Shown here piece by piece: positions 18,301 to 27,867 of a DNA stretch of 64,000 nucleotides; position 1 is the first letter of the stretch; each line of letters begins with the position of its first letter. A program made the translations under genes and the position numbers. Location: the IMG/VR virus record IMGVR_UViG_3300037264_006128, positions 32,452 through 96,451 of that record; one strand, given 5' to 3'. The DNA is from a virus. The notes under the pieces are model-generated. The model was not told the DNA's origin, did not search any database, and saw nothing but the letters and a program-made list of their open reading frames with translations.

Positions 18301-19500
18301 ATCTATCACCACCTTCGGAAATTCCGAACTTACCCACTGGTTCTGTGGGTCAATAAAGGTCCCCTTGATGGCGTTCACCTTGCCTTTGCGCCCCGGTTTC
18401 GGCAAGACCGAAATTGAGCCGCAAATATCATCCTCCGTAAGCTCCCCGACTTCCCCATCGTACTGCGGATTCAGCTCCCCCCCCGTTCCAACGACGTACA
18501 TTTCGCTCTCGTACGGCCTGCCGCAGCGGATCTGCCATTTGCCCTGAACGAAGGAGATGGAACCTGCGGCAGAGGCGAGGAGGCTGGTGAGCACTTCTAT
18601 CCGCGGGGTTGTAGTTTCCCACACCCCATCGATGGTGTACCGCGCCTGCGTCGTTACCGGGTCTGGGTCGGCAAGCGAATTCGCCTCAAGCAAACTCTGC
18701 GGAATGTCCACGGGTTGGTCGCAATAATCCGCTTCGGCCGCAATCTGCACAAGGTCAAATTCTTCGATCGAAATGCCCATTCCGTACCGGGTGCTCGTCA
18801 AGAAGTCCAACACGCACAAGACCCAGTTGTTCGACCATGCCCAGGTTACGTCATTAGATGAACTCTGCGTACCGTCCCTGGGGTCGTACACCAACCGGCC
18901 ATCTATCGTTGCGGTGATATTCGGGGCCCCGGACGGAAACGATTCGGCGTTGAACTCCATACACATCCACAGATATGCAATCCCACGAAGCCTGTGCTTG
19001 GCAGTCCATAGATCCCCGCCATTCCAGTCCGTTTTGGGAATGGAGATTTCCGTTGACCCGATCTTTATCTTTGGGTCGATGGCTTCCTGGTCGGTTGTCC
19101 CCAGGAACGGGATGGCGATGGCCTTGTCCGCAAACATCGGATCGTCCATGCTGGCCCCGTTGAACTGCACATCGTAAATACTTTGAATAGGGCCATCGGC
19201 CATAAGTAGGCACGAATGGAAATACTTCGCTCCGTTCGTCTCTACGCCGTCCTTGTCTGTTGTATCTGCAAATGCCAGCACACCGCTTGTTCTTACCGTT
19301 CCGTAAATGATCCGCGTGGGGGCAGCCGCATCACGTTGAATGTCGCTCAGGCCGAGGCGGGAAGAAGATGGCTTTTTCTTCGGGCGCGGCGCCAGGGCAG
19401 CGGAAACAAACTGAATCGTTGTCATAAGCAGGGCGGACGCGAAGATTGCCCCTGCCGGATGAGCCAAGAATGCCAAGAGGGCTACGCTTATTCCCGCCAT
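15376..19500 (-). CDS. Tail tip/central fibre protein (lambda J-like) with FN3-like and LamG domains
   Basis: RIIYGTVRTSG, HRLRGIAY, GRLVYDPR, WSNNWVLCVLDFLT motifs; FSGIVEEIRVWNYARS LamG signature; start MAGISV at 19500. Confidence 0.92.
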   Translation of the reverse strand: MAGISVALLAFLAHPAGAIFASALLMTTIQFVSAALAPRPKKKPSSSRLGLSDIQRDAAAPTRIIYGTVRTSGVLAFADTTDKDGVETNGAKYFHSCLLMADGPIQSIYDVQFNGASMDDPMFADKAIAIPFLGTTDQEAIDPKIKIGSTEISIPKTDWNGGDLWTAKHRLRGIAYLWMCMEFNAESFPSGAPNITATIDGRLVYDPRDGTQSSSNDVTWAWSNNWVLCVLDFLTSTRYGMGISIEEFDLVQIAAEADYCDQPVDIPQSLLEANSLADPDPVTTQARYTIDGVWETTTPRIEVLTSLLASAAGSISFVQGKWQIRCGRPYESEMYVVGTGGELNPQYDGEVGELTEDDICGSISVLPKPGRKGKVNAIKGTFIDPQNQWVSSEFPKVVIDQYVKEDGGHEYVQDVDFPFINDVYRAQRVAQIHLKRMRQGIVCEAVAKPKKITVKEGDVLGVTSTTFGWGVDGDSPKEFLVQDWRFSEDAGVTLKLTEYSDSVYAWTEQDAIVGDAAPDTSLANPFTCGTPTNLVAVEATHVQPDGKRTSKIVLDWDAPADRTHVGHYHIRLRKIGEPAASASHVKTAGRHYEFRGMEQGMYRIYVWTVNQMGVQSIHAARAYVSTTILTIGPPDVTSFLFSIQNGARVFEWSMAEPEPSDLVGYQIRYRNGLLGTDPNTEWEDASNFLTVKGNKVSTPFPNAPGEYTFYIRALDAQGFLSDNTTAIVVEVQDTLHRNIVRTEEASEMNWPGTLVRCRRSTEGGALFARGVGTWADAGGDEHTWGTFPRWPISANAFSYTHEIDLGTDTNVSAVCDISSENAFVFVFARGRSATGEFGVFQPLGDLGDVRFVEFRMVGWRQDESQMASRINRMAMYLVENAVREVANDCMSTVPDGVGGTSLLRAVSYRIEYTSEWNTGTHGNTHVLEHAFNITGDGESGAADTNQKPKACLCPEHDPSLYLDETAEQGAFSSDAPHLRLPGSWTVEIKVRPLSWLSSGVLVGKGPDWRIRYGMAGNGVIDFCCVGHSGDDPQPYSMMNIGNEGFAPTTIAYTYDAIDEERGLFRGYLDGVLQFEKDQLAFTINPSDSLFMVGAGAPSGPAPAPGTVSDYFSGIVEEIRVWNYARSKGDVAADCWAVHNGTETGLVGYWPCSEEDGEVIWDLTKNAMHMATMQSPARVRYCTWLPPPFNCDVIQCLMSARLNWQASGGLEAFMAVHVKLAHIKENGTEEVTHDWTSMEYGGEACDGELPFEEFQRNGALHGEDLFNYRVYARIFIVAEVGEFEFPRPYIRKFKFRFGTRCSSGDFTYIPKRRFRAVTTAMVSAIQGTAAGESIAVARIVAREPYGVRVKLFDAQTGQECSGKVDLSIEGPSSVV

Positions 19501-19502
19501 GA

Positions 19503-19964
19503 TCACCTCAACGGAAACACGCGGACACCCATGCGCAGGAGGGGGTTGATGGGGATCGAACGCAAGCCGTCTGTGGCAAGGAAAATGCCCGCTTCGCCTA
19601 CCGCGACCCCAAGCATCCCTATGGGGCCGCCATCGGGCAACCCGGGGCCGGCAGGGGGAATCAGCAAGATGTCCCCCGAACGTACGCACGCTGGATTCTT
19701 CATCGCTGGGGCCACAAGCGATTCGAGCATTTCGCCCAGATTCACCCAACCGAATTGGGCCAGAATCGCGATCGCTTCCGCTTCGGTTGCGTACGGGGGA
19801 ACGTTCAGGTGCTTGATGAAATCAACCCCACAGACTGCGCGAATCGCGCCGGCAGCCCACAATACGCAGTCGTGCACCCCGTACGCCAATTTGCGGTCCT
19901 GCGCCTCGTTGACGTAACGGATCAGTTCGGTTTCCCAGCCGGGCAATTTGCGGAGTAACACCAT
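19503..19964 (-). CDS. Tail-associated NlpC/P60-like protein (DUF6950-type)
   Basis: LPGWETEL...YGVHDCVLWAAGAIRAVCGVD; canonical position before the tip gene. Confidence 0.82.
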   Translation of the reverse strand: MVLLRKLPGWETELIRYVNEAQDRKLAYGVHDCVLWAAGAIRAVCGVDFIKHLNVPPYATEAEAIAILAQFGWVNLGEMLESLVAPAMKNPACVRSGDILLIPPAGPGLPDGGPIGMLGVAVGEAGIFLATDGLRSIPINPLLRMGVRVFPLR

Positions 19965-22205
19965 CTAGAATCCGCCACCCACACCGGGGGTGCTGACGCC
20001 ACCTGGATACGAGGGCACCCCGCCGCCGGTTTCCCAATCCCCACCTTCGGATGCCACTTCGGTGGCAATCCTCCCTGGCCACCACAATTCCTTGTCCTTC
20101 ATTACGGCGATAAACTCCAACCCCTTGTCGTCTGGAAATCGCCGACGCTGTTCTGCGTACGACCATCTCCTCGTAGCGGACGATTCCCATTCCGCGAATC
20201 TGGATTCGATCGTGACTGAAACAGCACCGCGTTCCTTTTCGATGGCGATCGGCATGGTATCCATCTTGCCCTGGAACAAGAGAACCGGATCGGCAACCAT
20301 CACGCCATCTTCGTCGAAGTACACCCCGTACAGCTTTGCCCCGCGATCCATGTAGTGCTGGCCCAGCGCCAACGAAATGAAATCCGGGATTACACCGGAA
20401 AGCGTTAGCTTGATCGTTCGCGACTCCAAATCGGACGTTTCCTGTATCTCCCCATCAACACCACCGAAATTGCCAACCCCAATGTAGGTGTTGCCATCCC
20501 ATGCGATGTCGAAGGGGGCGTTCGTGATGTGCAGCGTATCCCCCGCGTACCCCAATGACATCGCCCGCGAAACGCGGAATGGGTAAAGTCTACCGCTCGG
20601 ATCGTTCGGGATTCTCCTACCTGGCCACCCCTTTGGCGATTGGGTTCCCATGACGAGCAGCCCCATAGGATCGTGCTGCCCGTAACAAATTGGCTCAAGC
20701 ATGATCCCGTTGCTCGTTTTTGACCGTCTGCGCTCGCTCCTTGAACTGCCTTCGAAACTCCAATACGCTTTCAGCCCGATCAGTTCGAACCTGGCCACTT
20801 CCTGCGCCGTCAACGGCCTGCGTTGGCGGCTTCCAAGGCCGGTCACCCCACGTTCGGAATTCCACAGGCGGATGTCCCCAATTTTCCCGTTCAAGAACCG
20901 AGTCGGCAGGGTTCCGGTTGGATCGCACCCGATCGTCAACGTTCCCCTTGTTTCGCAAATGAACCCTCGGCTTAACCGCCTCGTTCGCCACCCCCCGGTC
21001 TGGTAGGAGTCGCCCCACCATATCGTTTCGCCGGTTTCGGGATCCTTCATCGATTGAGCGAAATCAGCCACGGTTGTAGATACGTAGGCAACGGACTTTC
21101 CATCAACAACGATCTGCGCCTGCGTTCCACTATGCACGAATGCGATGTGGTGCCATATGCCAATCTGAACCACGCCGGCTCGGCTGGAAAAGTGCATCCC
21201 ACGGTGGCGTGCGCTAAGGGCACCCACGGTTGGGTGCGCCGGCCAGTAAAGGAACCGAGAGTCAACCCTGATAGACCCATCCGATTGGACGCGCAGCGAA
21301 GTGCCAATCGTCGGATCCCCATCGGGATCGTTTACCGTTGGCGGCCAAGCCCCCGCTGGTGAAGTTGTGCGCGGCGGCCCCTTCCAAAACCACAAAGCGA
21401 TCGGATCGTTCGCAGCGGGGAGCGCGTTCAAGAAGACCCACATCTCGACCGTCATTGCGGCATCTTCGGCCGTTGTGTACTGGATAGCTGTAGTGTCAAT
21501 GTAATACTGGTCTATGGGTGCGCCCACGAAGGTCCACGCCCCTTCCTTTCCTCTCGACAACCACAGATCTCGCTCTGAATAACTCTGCCTCGCTACAAAG
21601 CAGGCGCCCGCGGGTGGGGTCGCAGTTGGGGATGGGGTAAACGCAGCCGCATTGTAGAATTTTGTAACCAGCTTGCCATCTTCAGGGTCGTTTGGGTTGG
21701 CCACAGCGATACATCCGTACAAGTCGCCATCTGCCCATTCGTCGTACGTCCGCTCTGTGTATTCCCTGGTGAGCACCTCGTCATTAGCGTTGACCATGAC
21801 GGCCCGGATAGTAACGTAGTTGATCGCCAAGCCCGGGTATAGAAGCGTTATCCGGGTACGAATGCTCGTGCCACCCAACGAATCGCCGATTTGGATGTTA
21901 GGCAGTGGCGCGGAAGTGACCCCAGTGCCGTGATCTAAGGAATACGACCACCCGGCTTTTTCGGCTTCCACGATCGGGCTGTACCACGTTTCCCCATCGT
22001 AGCTGACTTCAACCATCTCGGCTGGTTGCTCTGTCCCCATCACAGATGGGATTGTTTTCCATTCGATCAGTGTGTCTGGTTCTCCCGGATGGGTGAGGCT
22101 TTCCCGCACCTTGCTGTCGAACTCCAGCTCCGCCATGAAGAAAAACTGCTGCCGCTTCTGTTCCTCTGCCGCTTCGACGGCAGCCGCTGTCATGTTTCGC
22201 GCCAT
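19965..22205 (-). CDS. Tail hub/minor tail protein with a large LamG-containing insertion
   Basis: N-terminal FMAELEFDS and C-terminal IAWDGNTYIGVG...KLTLSGV...FQGKMD...FPDDKGLEFI flank WHHIAFV / LNGKIGDIRLWN LamG motifs. Confidence 0.8.
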   Translation of the reverse strand: MARNMTAAAVEAAEEQKRQQFFFMAELEFDSKVRESLTHPGEPDTLIEWKTIPSVMGTEQPAEMVEVSYDGETWYSPIVEAEKAGWSYSLDHGTGVTSAPLPNIQIGDSLGGTSIRTRITLLYPGLAINYVTIRAVMVNANDEVLTREYTERTYDEWADGDLYGCIAVANPNDPEDGKLVTKFYNAAAFTPSPTATPPAGACFVARQSYSERDLWLSRGKEGAWTFVGAPIDQYYIDTTAIQYTTAEDAAMTVEMWVFLNALPAANDPIALWFWKGPPRTTSPAGAWPPTVNDPDGDPTIGTSLRVQSDGSIRVDSRFLYWPAHPTVGALSARHRGMHFSSRAGVVQIGIWHHIAFVHSGTQAQIVVDGKSVAYVSTTVADFAQSMKDPETGETIWWGDSYQTGGWRTRRLSRGFICETRGTLTIGCDPTGTLPTRFLNGKIGDIRLWNSERGVTGLGSRQRRPLTAQEVARFELIGLKAYWSFEGSSRSERRRSKTSNGIMLEPICYGQHDPMGLLVMGTQSPKGWPGRRIPNDPSGRLYPFRVSRAMSLGYAGDTLHITNAPFDIAWDGNTYIGVGNFGGVDGEIQETSDLESRTIKLTLSGVIPDFISLALGQHYMDRGAKLYGVYFDEDGVMVADPVLLFQGKMDTMPIAIEKERGAVSVTIESRFAEWESSATRRWSYAEQRRRFPDDKGLEFIAVMKDKELWWPGRIATEVASEGGDWETGGGVPSYPGGVSTPGVGGGF

Positions 22206-22822
22206 TAGACTGCCACCAGATCTTCCGTCATGCTTGCCGTGAAAGAATAGAACGCAGGCGGAACGGCCTGCGGGATAACCGGGCCGTCAAGCCGCACTTT
22301 CAGAATCGCGCTGGTCCCCGTTTGGATCAGCTTCCCGTTAGTCGGGGAATCGCGGATGTAGGGCGCTATCGATACAGCCGCAAGGCCGGTCGGGCCTGCG
22401 TTTACGTCGTCTGTAACCACAAAGTATTCCCCGGTCGTTTCTATCGAAAACACATCGCCCGCGAGGAGCACGCCAGTGGCGTTATGCGTCCACCCCTTGG
22501 TGTTGAGCGTTGTACCGGTTTGCCCAGAACCGTTAACGAGCGGCGTGCCGGCTACGCTTCCCAGCGGCGTGCACCGAATGTCATCGTACAACGTAAACAC
22601 GTCGTTCTGCCCGTTCATCTTGTCAAAGAAGGCAAGAAGCGGCAGGGCATCTTGGCGGTCGATCATTTCCCATTCGAGTTCCACCTTCCACACCGCCGGC
22701 CGGCGCAACCGCTGTTCCGTCCGCGTGAAAGGGGAGGTGAACACGACCGCAGCGTGGTCGAGGTAAAACTTGCCCCGGCCTGGCAGGTACAAGTTTCCTT
22801 GCGGCATCGCTGGGTACGACAT
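22205..22822 (-). CDS. Distal tail protein
   Basis: FTSPFTRTEQ...WKVEL...PLVNGSGQTG motifs; directly after the tape measure gene. Confidence 0.8.
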   Translation of the reverse strand: MSYPAMPQGNLYLPGRGKFYLDHAAVVFTSPFTRTEQRLRRPAVWKVELEWEMIDRQDALPLLAFFDKMNGQNDVFTLYDDIRCTPLGSVAGTPLVNGSGQTGTTLNTKGWTHNATGVLLAGDVFSIETTGEYFVVTDDVNAGPTGLAAVSIAPYIRDSPTNGKLIQTGTSAILKVRLDGPVIPQAVPPAFYSFTASMTEDLVAV

Positions 22823-22827
22823 CTACG

Positions 22828-25800
22828 CTAACTCCTTCGCCCCACAGCCCGGGCCAGGGTGCCCCCACGTTCGATTGCCCGGTAGATCCCTGCTTCAATC
22901 TGCGGCATCTGGGCCTGAATCACTGCGGCTGCGCCGCGGGGGTCCAGGCTCGTCACGCCGATCGGCATGGAAAGGTTGATCATTATGCCGCCGCTTCCAC
23001 CACCACCGCTATCGCCAGCACCGCCGGCGCCGGACAACACCCCGGCCACATGCTCCTTCGGCACCACCAGTTCACCGCGCTGCAGGATGGCAGGCATTTC
23101 GTTGGAAGCTAGGCCCCCGGAATGCTTCTTGGGCGCGGAAGCGTACCGTTCCCCGAAGTTGGCCGCGTTCCAATCCATCTGCTCGCCCTGCGTCATGGGA
23201 ATCCGGGTCTGCTGCGATGGCCCAGCTGCCAGTGCGCCCATCCCCCAACCAAACGCTGCCCCGCCCGTGTTGATAGCAAGCGACTTGAAAAACCCCCCTG
23301 CGGAAACATCGGGCTGGCCGCCGATCAGCGCGGTAAGCAGGGTACCCATCATGGTGTTGAAGGCGCCGCCCACCCATTGCAGCATGCCAACGAACTCGCT
23401 GCCCATCTTGACGGTTTCCTGTTTCCAGGAAGTGCCCATTTCCTCGACGCCCTTTTCTACGACATCCCCGGTTGGGGCCATCCCTTCACCCCAGGGGCCA
23501 TTGCCGGTAGGCTCTAGCCCCCTACGATACGGCGATGCGGGCACTTCGTATGGTTGCTCGTACCCAAGGGGGGATGTTGGGTATCCAGTTAGGCTCGGGC
23601 GCCCCCCGTGGCCGATCGTTACTGGCGTGTAATGTTCTTCAAGTCTTAGGGAATCCTGCGGTGGTTGAACCTCGATCCCGCGCCCCAGCCGGTATGGCGA
23701 ATACGCCGGCCCTTCGTTCACAGGCTGCGTGTTGGCGGTGTTCCAGATCGCCTGTTGCCCACGTTGCCCAACGTTCGCAATCGCTTCCGGCATGAGGCCG
23801 GCTTCGGCCCGGGCCTTTACGCTACCGATCGTTTCGTATTCGTACCCGGCGACCTGCGCCATCATCTTCTTCAACGGCGTCTCGATCGGCATCACTAGCG
23901 CCTGGTGGATGTTCCACTTCAGAAGATCCTTCGCCAGCGACTCGAAGAAACCCTTCCAGTCCCCCTTCCCGGTAAGCAGCGTTTCCGCCAGCGTGTCCTC
24001 GAAGGAACTGCAGAAGTTGTCCACGACGGACATCAGGCTTGAGAACCCCCTGTTCACCGTGTCGAAGTATTCGTTCCACCGCTCCTGCGAACTGTTCATG
24101 TCGTTCGCGATCTGGTCCCACAGCTGTTCCCGCAGGCGGGATGAAACTTCCGGCGTCATGCCACCAACCATCGGGCCTTCCAGGTCGGCATCGCGATGTA
24201 CCTTTGCGTACGCCTCTTCCTGTGCCCTTAGTTCGCGCATGCCTTCCGCAAGGGCGTACAAGGGATCCACAGACGCTCGGCGTTGCCTTACCGTTTCCTC
24301 TTCCGCGGCAGTCTGTTGGCGTTGGGCGTTGGTCATCTCGAAGATTTTGTCCAGCCGCCTCTGTTCGACCGCAGATAGGCCAGAACTGGATTCCCCGAGC
24401 CCGTCCACAGCTTTCCGTGCCAGTTCGTACGTGAACGTAACACCTTCAACGGTGTGCCCAACTGAAGCCCAAATCAAACGCTCCTGTTCGGCAACCAACG
24501 CCGCTGACGACCCATATTCCTCTACCGCCTTCTTGGCAGCTTCGAACTGTTCCGGGAACCACTTCTTCCAGGTCCCCTCTTGAAGCTCGGCTGCCATCTT
24601 CGCCGTAATGAGAATGCCGTTGTAGTATTGCCCCTCTGTAGGTTGCCTTGGGCCGACTGCCCCAGGGCCGCCGGCCAACTCCTCCAGCTCTTCCTGGTAG
24701 CTTCGTTTGTACAGGGCCGATTTGTACGATTCGGAAAGTTTCTCCAGCTGCGGCCCTATCCTTTGCATCTGCTCGCTATACAGCACTTGCGAATCGAGGA
24801 GTTCTTTTTGTAGGTCGGAAAAGCGCCCGACGAAACTTTCCCAAGCCCCCATAAGCCCAACCAGGAAGTTCTCCTGATCCGCGAACGCAACGCCCCCCTC
24901 CTTCGTGGCGTCCGTTATGTCCTTCAGTGCGTCGATGATCTCCCCGGTGATCGGAATCATCTCTCCGCGAACGTTCTCAAACAGTGCTGCAAGGATGGGG
25001 GTGCCCCTCATCACCGCCTTTGTCTGCTCGTCGAAGGCGGCCGTGAAGTTCTGCGTCCACTGCACCAACTCCTTCGACTCGTCCGGTATGCCCCCTACGT
25101 ACCCTCCCTTTTCGCCGTACAGCTCGGCGCGCGTCATCACTTTCGGCAGGTACTTCGACTTAACCAGCGTCTTCGCCCAATCATCCGATGCCAGCTGCTT
25201 CAGCCAGGCTTCAAGAAAATCCGTTGCTGTCGGAAGTTTCGCGACTTCGGTTTTCAGGAACCCCGCCGGGACTTCGAACATGCCCTGAATCCCGTCCGTG
25301 AATTCTTCCGAAAACGTCTGCGTGCTGTCGCGCAGGTGCTCCGCGCCTTCCCTTACCCGATCCCCCATGTCCTTGAAGAACGTCTTCAGTTCGTGCTCGG
25401 TTGGGGCACGCAGTTCCGCAAATTTTGGGGCGAGCGCTGGCGCCTGAAGTTCAAGTTCGGTTGGGGCGCGCAATTCGCCAACTGCCCCCTTCGCGGAAGC
25501 GGCAAAATCAGAGATCGAGGACGCAAACTGGCTGCCAAGATCGCGCATCGCCTTTCCGGCAAGTTCGCTTTCCCTGTCTACTGGGGCTGGGAAGTTTCGA
25601 ACTGCCTGGGTGAGGTTCTTCAGCGCCCCGTCAAACGGGGACTCCACTGCCTCGCCTTTATCGCCTACGAACAAATTCGCTATACGTTGGTCAAGCGATT
25701 CGAAGTCTCGCCTGAAATCACTGAGCGACAATACGCGATTGCGCGACCCGGAAGGAAATACATCGTTGGTGAGCGCCCCCGGCATCCTGCGTTCGAAAAT

Positions 25801-27453
25801 CTCCCGAACTTCCCCCGTATTGATGCCGCGTGCGAATTCCCTGAAAACATCACCAAGCTCGCTTAAGGCATCCCCTGCCTCCAAAGTGCCTTCCTTGGTT
25901 TTCCGCACGTCTTCTAGGTAGGCAGTGACGAATTTGGAGCCGAGCCAAGCAGCGCCCGACTTCGTGTACTCCATCGAGCTTTGCCCGCTTTCCTCCGCTG
26001 CCTTACCGTAAAAGTGCGCCCCGATTCCGCCAGCAGCAATGGCGCTAGTAAGTGGGCGTGTTTGCGGGATGGCCATGCCAAGCAGGAAAGCCCCCTTTGC
26101 CCACTCTGGAATCTTGTCGAAGGAAGCCGCCAATTCACCAATGGCAAGGGCGAATTTGCCGACGTAGGGGGCTGCAACCTGCGCCGTCTTTCCCATCCCC
26201 TCCATGACCCCGCGCATGCCTTCAGCAAGCGCTGGCTCGTTTGCTGCAACCCAATCGCGGGTTGCGGAAATCATGTCCCTCATGGCCGGCAGGTAATCGT
26301 TACCAACCGCAATGGCCACCCGGGTAAAGTCGTTCGCCAGCAGGGTCAACTGGTTGCGGATCGTTGCGAAGCGCACTTCTGATTGCCGCTGTAGGGCGAT
26401 GTCCTTCTCATACGCATCCTTGTTTAGCTTCATCGCAGATTCGAGAACGCGATACCCAGCAGCCACCCTCAACAAAGCATCGCGCAAGCGGATCTCCTGC
26501 AGCCCAAGCTGCCTGACGGCTTCGTACTGTTCGCCGGAGCCTTTCTTCATCTGCCCAAGGCCCTTGAGGAAATCCGCGTACACCCTGGCGGGGTCCCCAG
26601 TCTCGGGATCCAGTCCGGCCTTGAACGCATCGACGCTCGCCCTTATGGCCGCGCTGCGGTCTGTCTTCCACAGTTGCGTAAATTTCTGGGCCCCCTTCGC
26701 CGCGATTTCCGCGAATAGCTCAAGTTTGTGTCCGCCAGTTGAGGCGGCTTCTCCGATGCGCAGCATCATCCTGGAAATGGCCGAACCACCGGCATCGGAC
26801 CGAACGCCCAACGAGGCCAGGGCGGTACCAAATGCCAGGATGCGGTCTTCGCCAACGCCAACCACGCTGGCCGCACCAGCGATCCGCAGCGTCATGTCCA
26901 AGATTTCGGATTCCGTGGCTGCCGACTTCACCCCCAATTCCACCAACGCGCTGGCCAGATTCGTCAGCTTGTCCCCAGCCGTTCCGGTCATGTTCTTCAG
27001 CTTGGCCAGGCCCACGATCGCCTCTTCGGCGGACATATTCGTGGCTACGCCCAAGCGAACGGCCGTTTCAGCGAAGTTCTCGATATCCGCGGTTGCTACA
27101 CCCAGCTGCCCTGCCGCTTCACCAAGTTTGTAAATGTCGTCCACGGAAACTGGCAGGGTGCGGGTCATCCCCATCATGGTCTTGCGCAGCTCTTCCAGTT
27201 GGTTGTTGGTTGCCTCCACCGTTCGCTTGACGCCGGCAAAGGCACTTTCGGCCGATATTGCCGGGCCCGCGATGGCACCCATCACGATTTCCACACTGCG
27301 GAAAGTGCGGCGGGCAAGATCCAGCGCCTGGTTGAAGGTGATGATCCGATATTCGAGGCCGGAAAAGGCGTTGTCGATGCCCTTCACCCCGGTGATCACC
27401 GCCGCCTGGCCAGATGTCTGGAAGGCAAACGTCGTCCCGCTGCCTACAGCCAT
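22828..27453 (-). CDS. Tape measure protein (TP901-type core)
   Basis: 1541 aa; ESAFAGVKRTV, AAGQLGV, GGSAISR motifs; C-terminal HSGG...EMPAILQRGELV. Confidence 0.95.
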   Translation of the reverse strand: MAVGSGTTFAFQTSGQAAVITGVKGIDNAFSGLEYRIITFNQALDLARRTFRSVEIVMGAIAGPAISAESAFAGVKRTVEATNNQLEELRKTMMGMTRTLPVSVDDIYKLGEAAGQLGVATADIENFAETAVRLGVATNMSAEEAIVGLAKLKNMTGTAGDKLTNLASALVELGVKSAATESEILDMTLRIAGAASVVGVGEDRILAFGTALASLGVRSDAGGSAISRMMLRIGEAASTGGHKLELFAEIAAKGAQKFTQLWKTDRSAAIRASVDAFKAGLDPETGDPARVYADFLKGLGQMKKGSGEQYEAVRQLGLQEIRLRDALLRVAAGYRVLESAMKLNKDAYEKDIALQRQSEVRFATIRNQLTLLANDFTRVAIAVGNDYLPAMRDMISATRDWVAANEPALAEGMRGVMEGMGKTAQVAAPYVGKFALAIGELAASFDKIPEWAKGAFLLGMAIPQTRPLTSAIAAGGIGAHFYGKAAEESGQSSMEYTKSGAAWLGSKFVTAYLEDVRKTKEGTLEAGDALSELGDVFREFARGINTGEVREIFERRMPGALTNDVFPSGSRNRVLSLSDFRRDFESLDQRIANLFVGDKGEAVESPFDGALKNLTQAVRNFPAPVDRESELAGKAMRDLGSQFASSISDFAASAKGAVGELRAPTELELQAPALAPKFAELRAPTEHELKTFFKDMGDRVREGAEHLRDSTQTFSEEFTDGIQGMFEVPAGFLKTEVAKLPTATDFLEAWLKQLASDDWAKTLVKSKYLPKVMTRAELYGEKGGYVGGIPDESKELVQWTQNFTAAFDEQTKAVMRGTPILAALFENVRGEMIPITGEIIDALKDITDATKEGGVAFADQENFLVGLMGAWESFVGRFSDLQKELLDSQVLYSEQMQRIGPQLEKLSESYKSALYKRSYQEELEELAGGPGAVGPRQPTEGQYYNGILITAKMAAELQEGTWKKWFPEQFEAAKKAVEEYGSSAALVAEQERLIWASVGHTVEGVTFTYELARKAVDGLGESSSGLSAVEQRRLDKIFEMTNAQRQQTAAEEETVRQRRASVDPLYALAEGMRELRAQEEAYAKVHRDADLEGPMVGGMTPEVSSRLREQLWDQIANDMNSSQERWNEYFDTVNRGFSSLMSVVDNFCSSFEDTLAETLLTGKGDWKGFFESLAKDLLKWNIHQALVMPIETPLKKMMAQVAGYEYETIGSVKARAEAGLMPEAIANVGQRGQQAIWNTANTQPVNEGPAYSPYRLGRGIEVQPPQDSLRLEEHYTPVTIGHGGRPSLTGYPTSPLGYEQPYEVPASPYRRGLEPTGNGPWGEGMAPTGDVVEKGVEEMGTSWKQETVKMGSEFVGMLQWVGGAFNTMMGTLLTALIGGQPDVSAGGFFKSLAINTGGAAFGWGMGALAAGPSQQTRIPMTQGEQMDWNAANFGERYASAPKKHSGGLASNEMPAILQRGELVVPKEHVAGVLSGAGGAGDSGGGGSGGIMINLSMPIGVTSLDPRGAAAVIQAQMPQIEAGIYRAIERGGTLARAVGRRS

Positions 27454-27456
27454 CGT

Positions 27457-27867
27457 TTACCTCTTCTTGCCGCGCGGCTTTCGCGGCGGTTGTTCTTTCG
27501 GTGGTTTATCATCGGCGGCCTTCTTCCGTCTCGACTTCCGCGCTGATTCTTCGCTGTGGATCTTCATGTATTCGCGATCCAGGTGTTCTGTGACTTCCGC
27601 AAGCTCCTCCCATCGTCGCCGCGGCACATTGTGCAGAACGCAGTACGCCAGCATTTCCGACTGGGGGATCCCCTGCGGGTCCCCCATGTCGCGCTGACGT
27701 GCGTTGGCAAGCGTGCTGTAAGCGTCCCAGAGCCACTGTAGATCGTGTCGTAGGCATGGCCCTGGCGGTTCCTTCTTGCGCAGCCCTAATCGGACGAGTT
27801 CGTCGAGGATGTCTCTGTCTCGCTTCCCCCGCCGGTAGTTCCAACGAAGGAAGCGAGCAAGTTTCCC
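27457..27867 (-). CDS. Tail assembly chaperone GT, C-terminal part reached by -1 frameshift
   Basis: -1 frame reads KLARFLRW...LWDAYSTLANARQ...GIPQSEMLAYC...LDREYM. Confidence 0.8.
   Translation of the reverse strand, partial: GKLARFLRWNYRRGKRDRDILDELVRLGLRKKEPPGPCLRHDLQWLWDAYSTLANARQRDMGDPQGIPQSEMLAYCVLHNVPRRRWEELAEVTEHLDREYMKIHSEESARKSRRKKAADDKPPKEQPPRKPRGKKR

Noticed and set aside
25385-25480. Short duplication in the tape measure gene (ELRAPTExEL twice)
   Set aside because: Local repeats are ordinary in tape measure proteins
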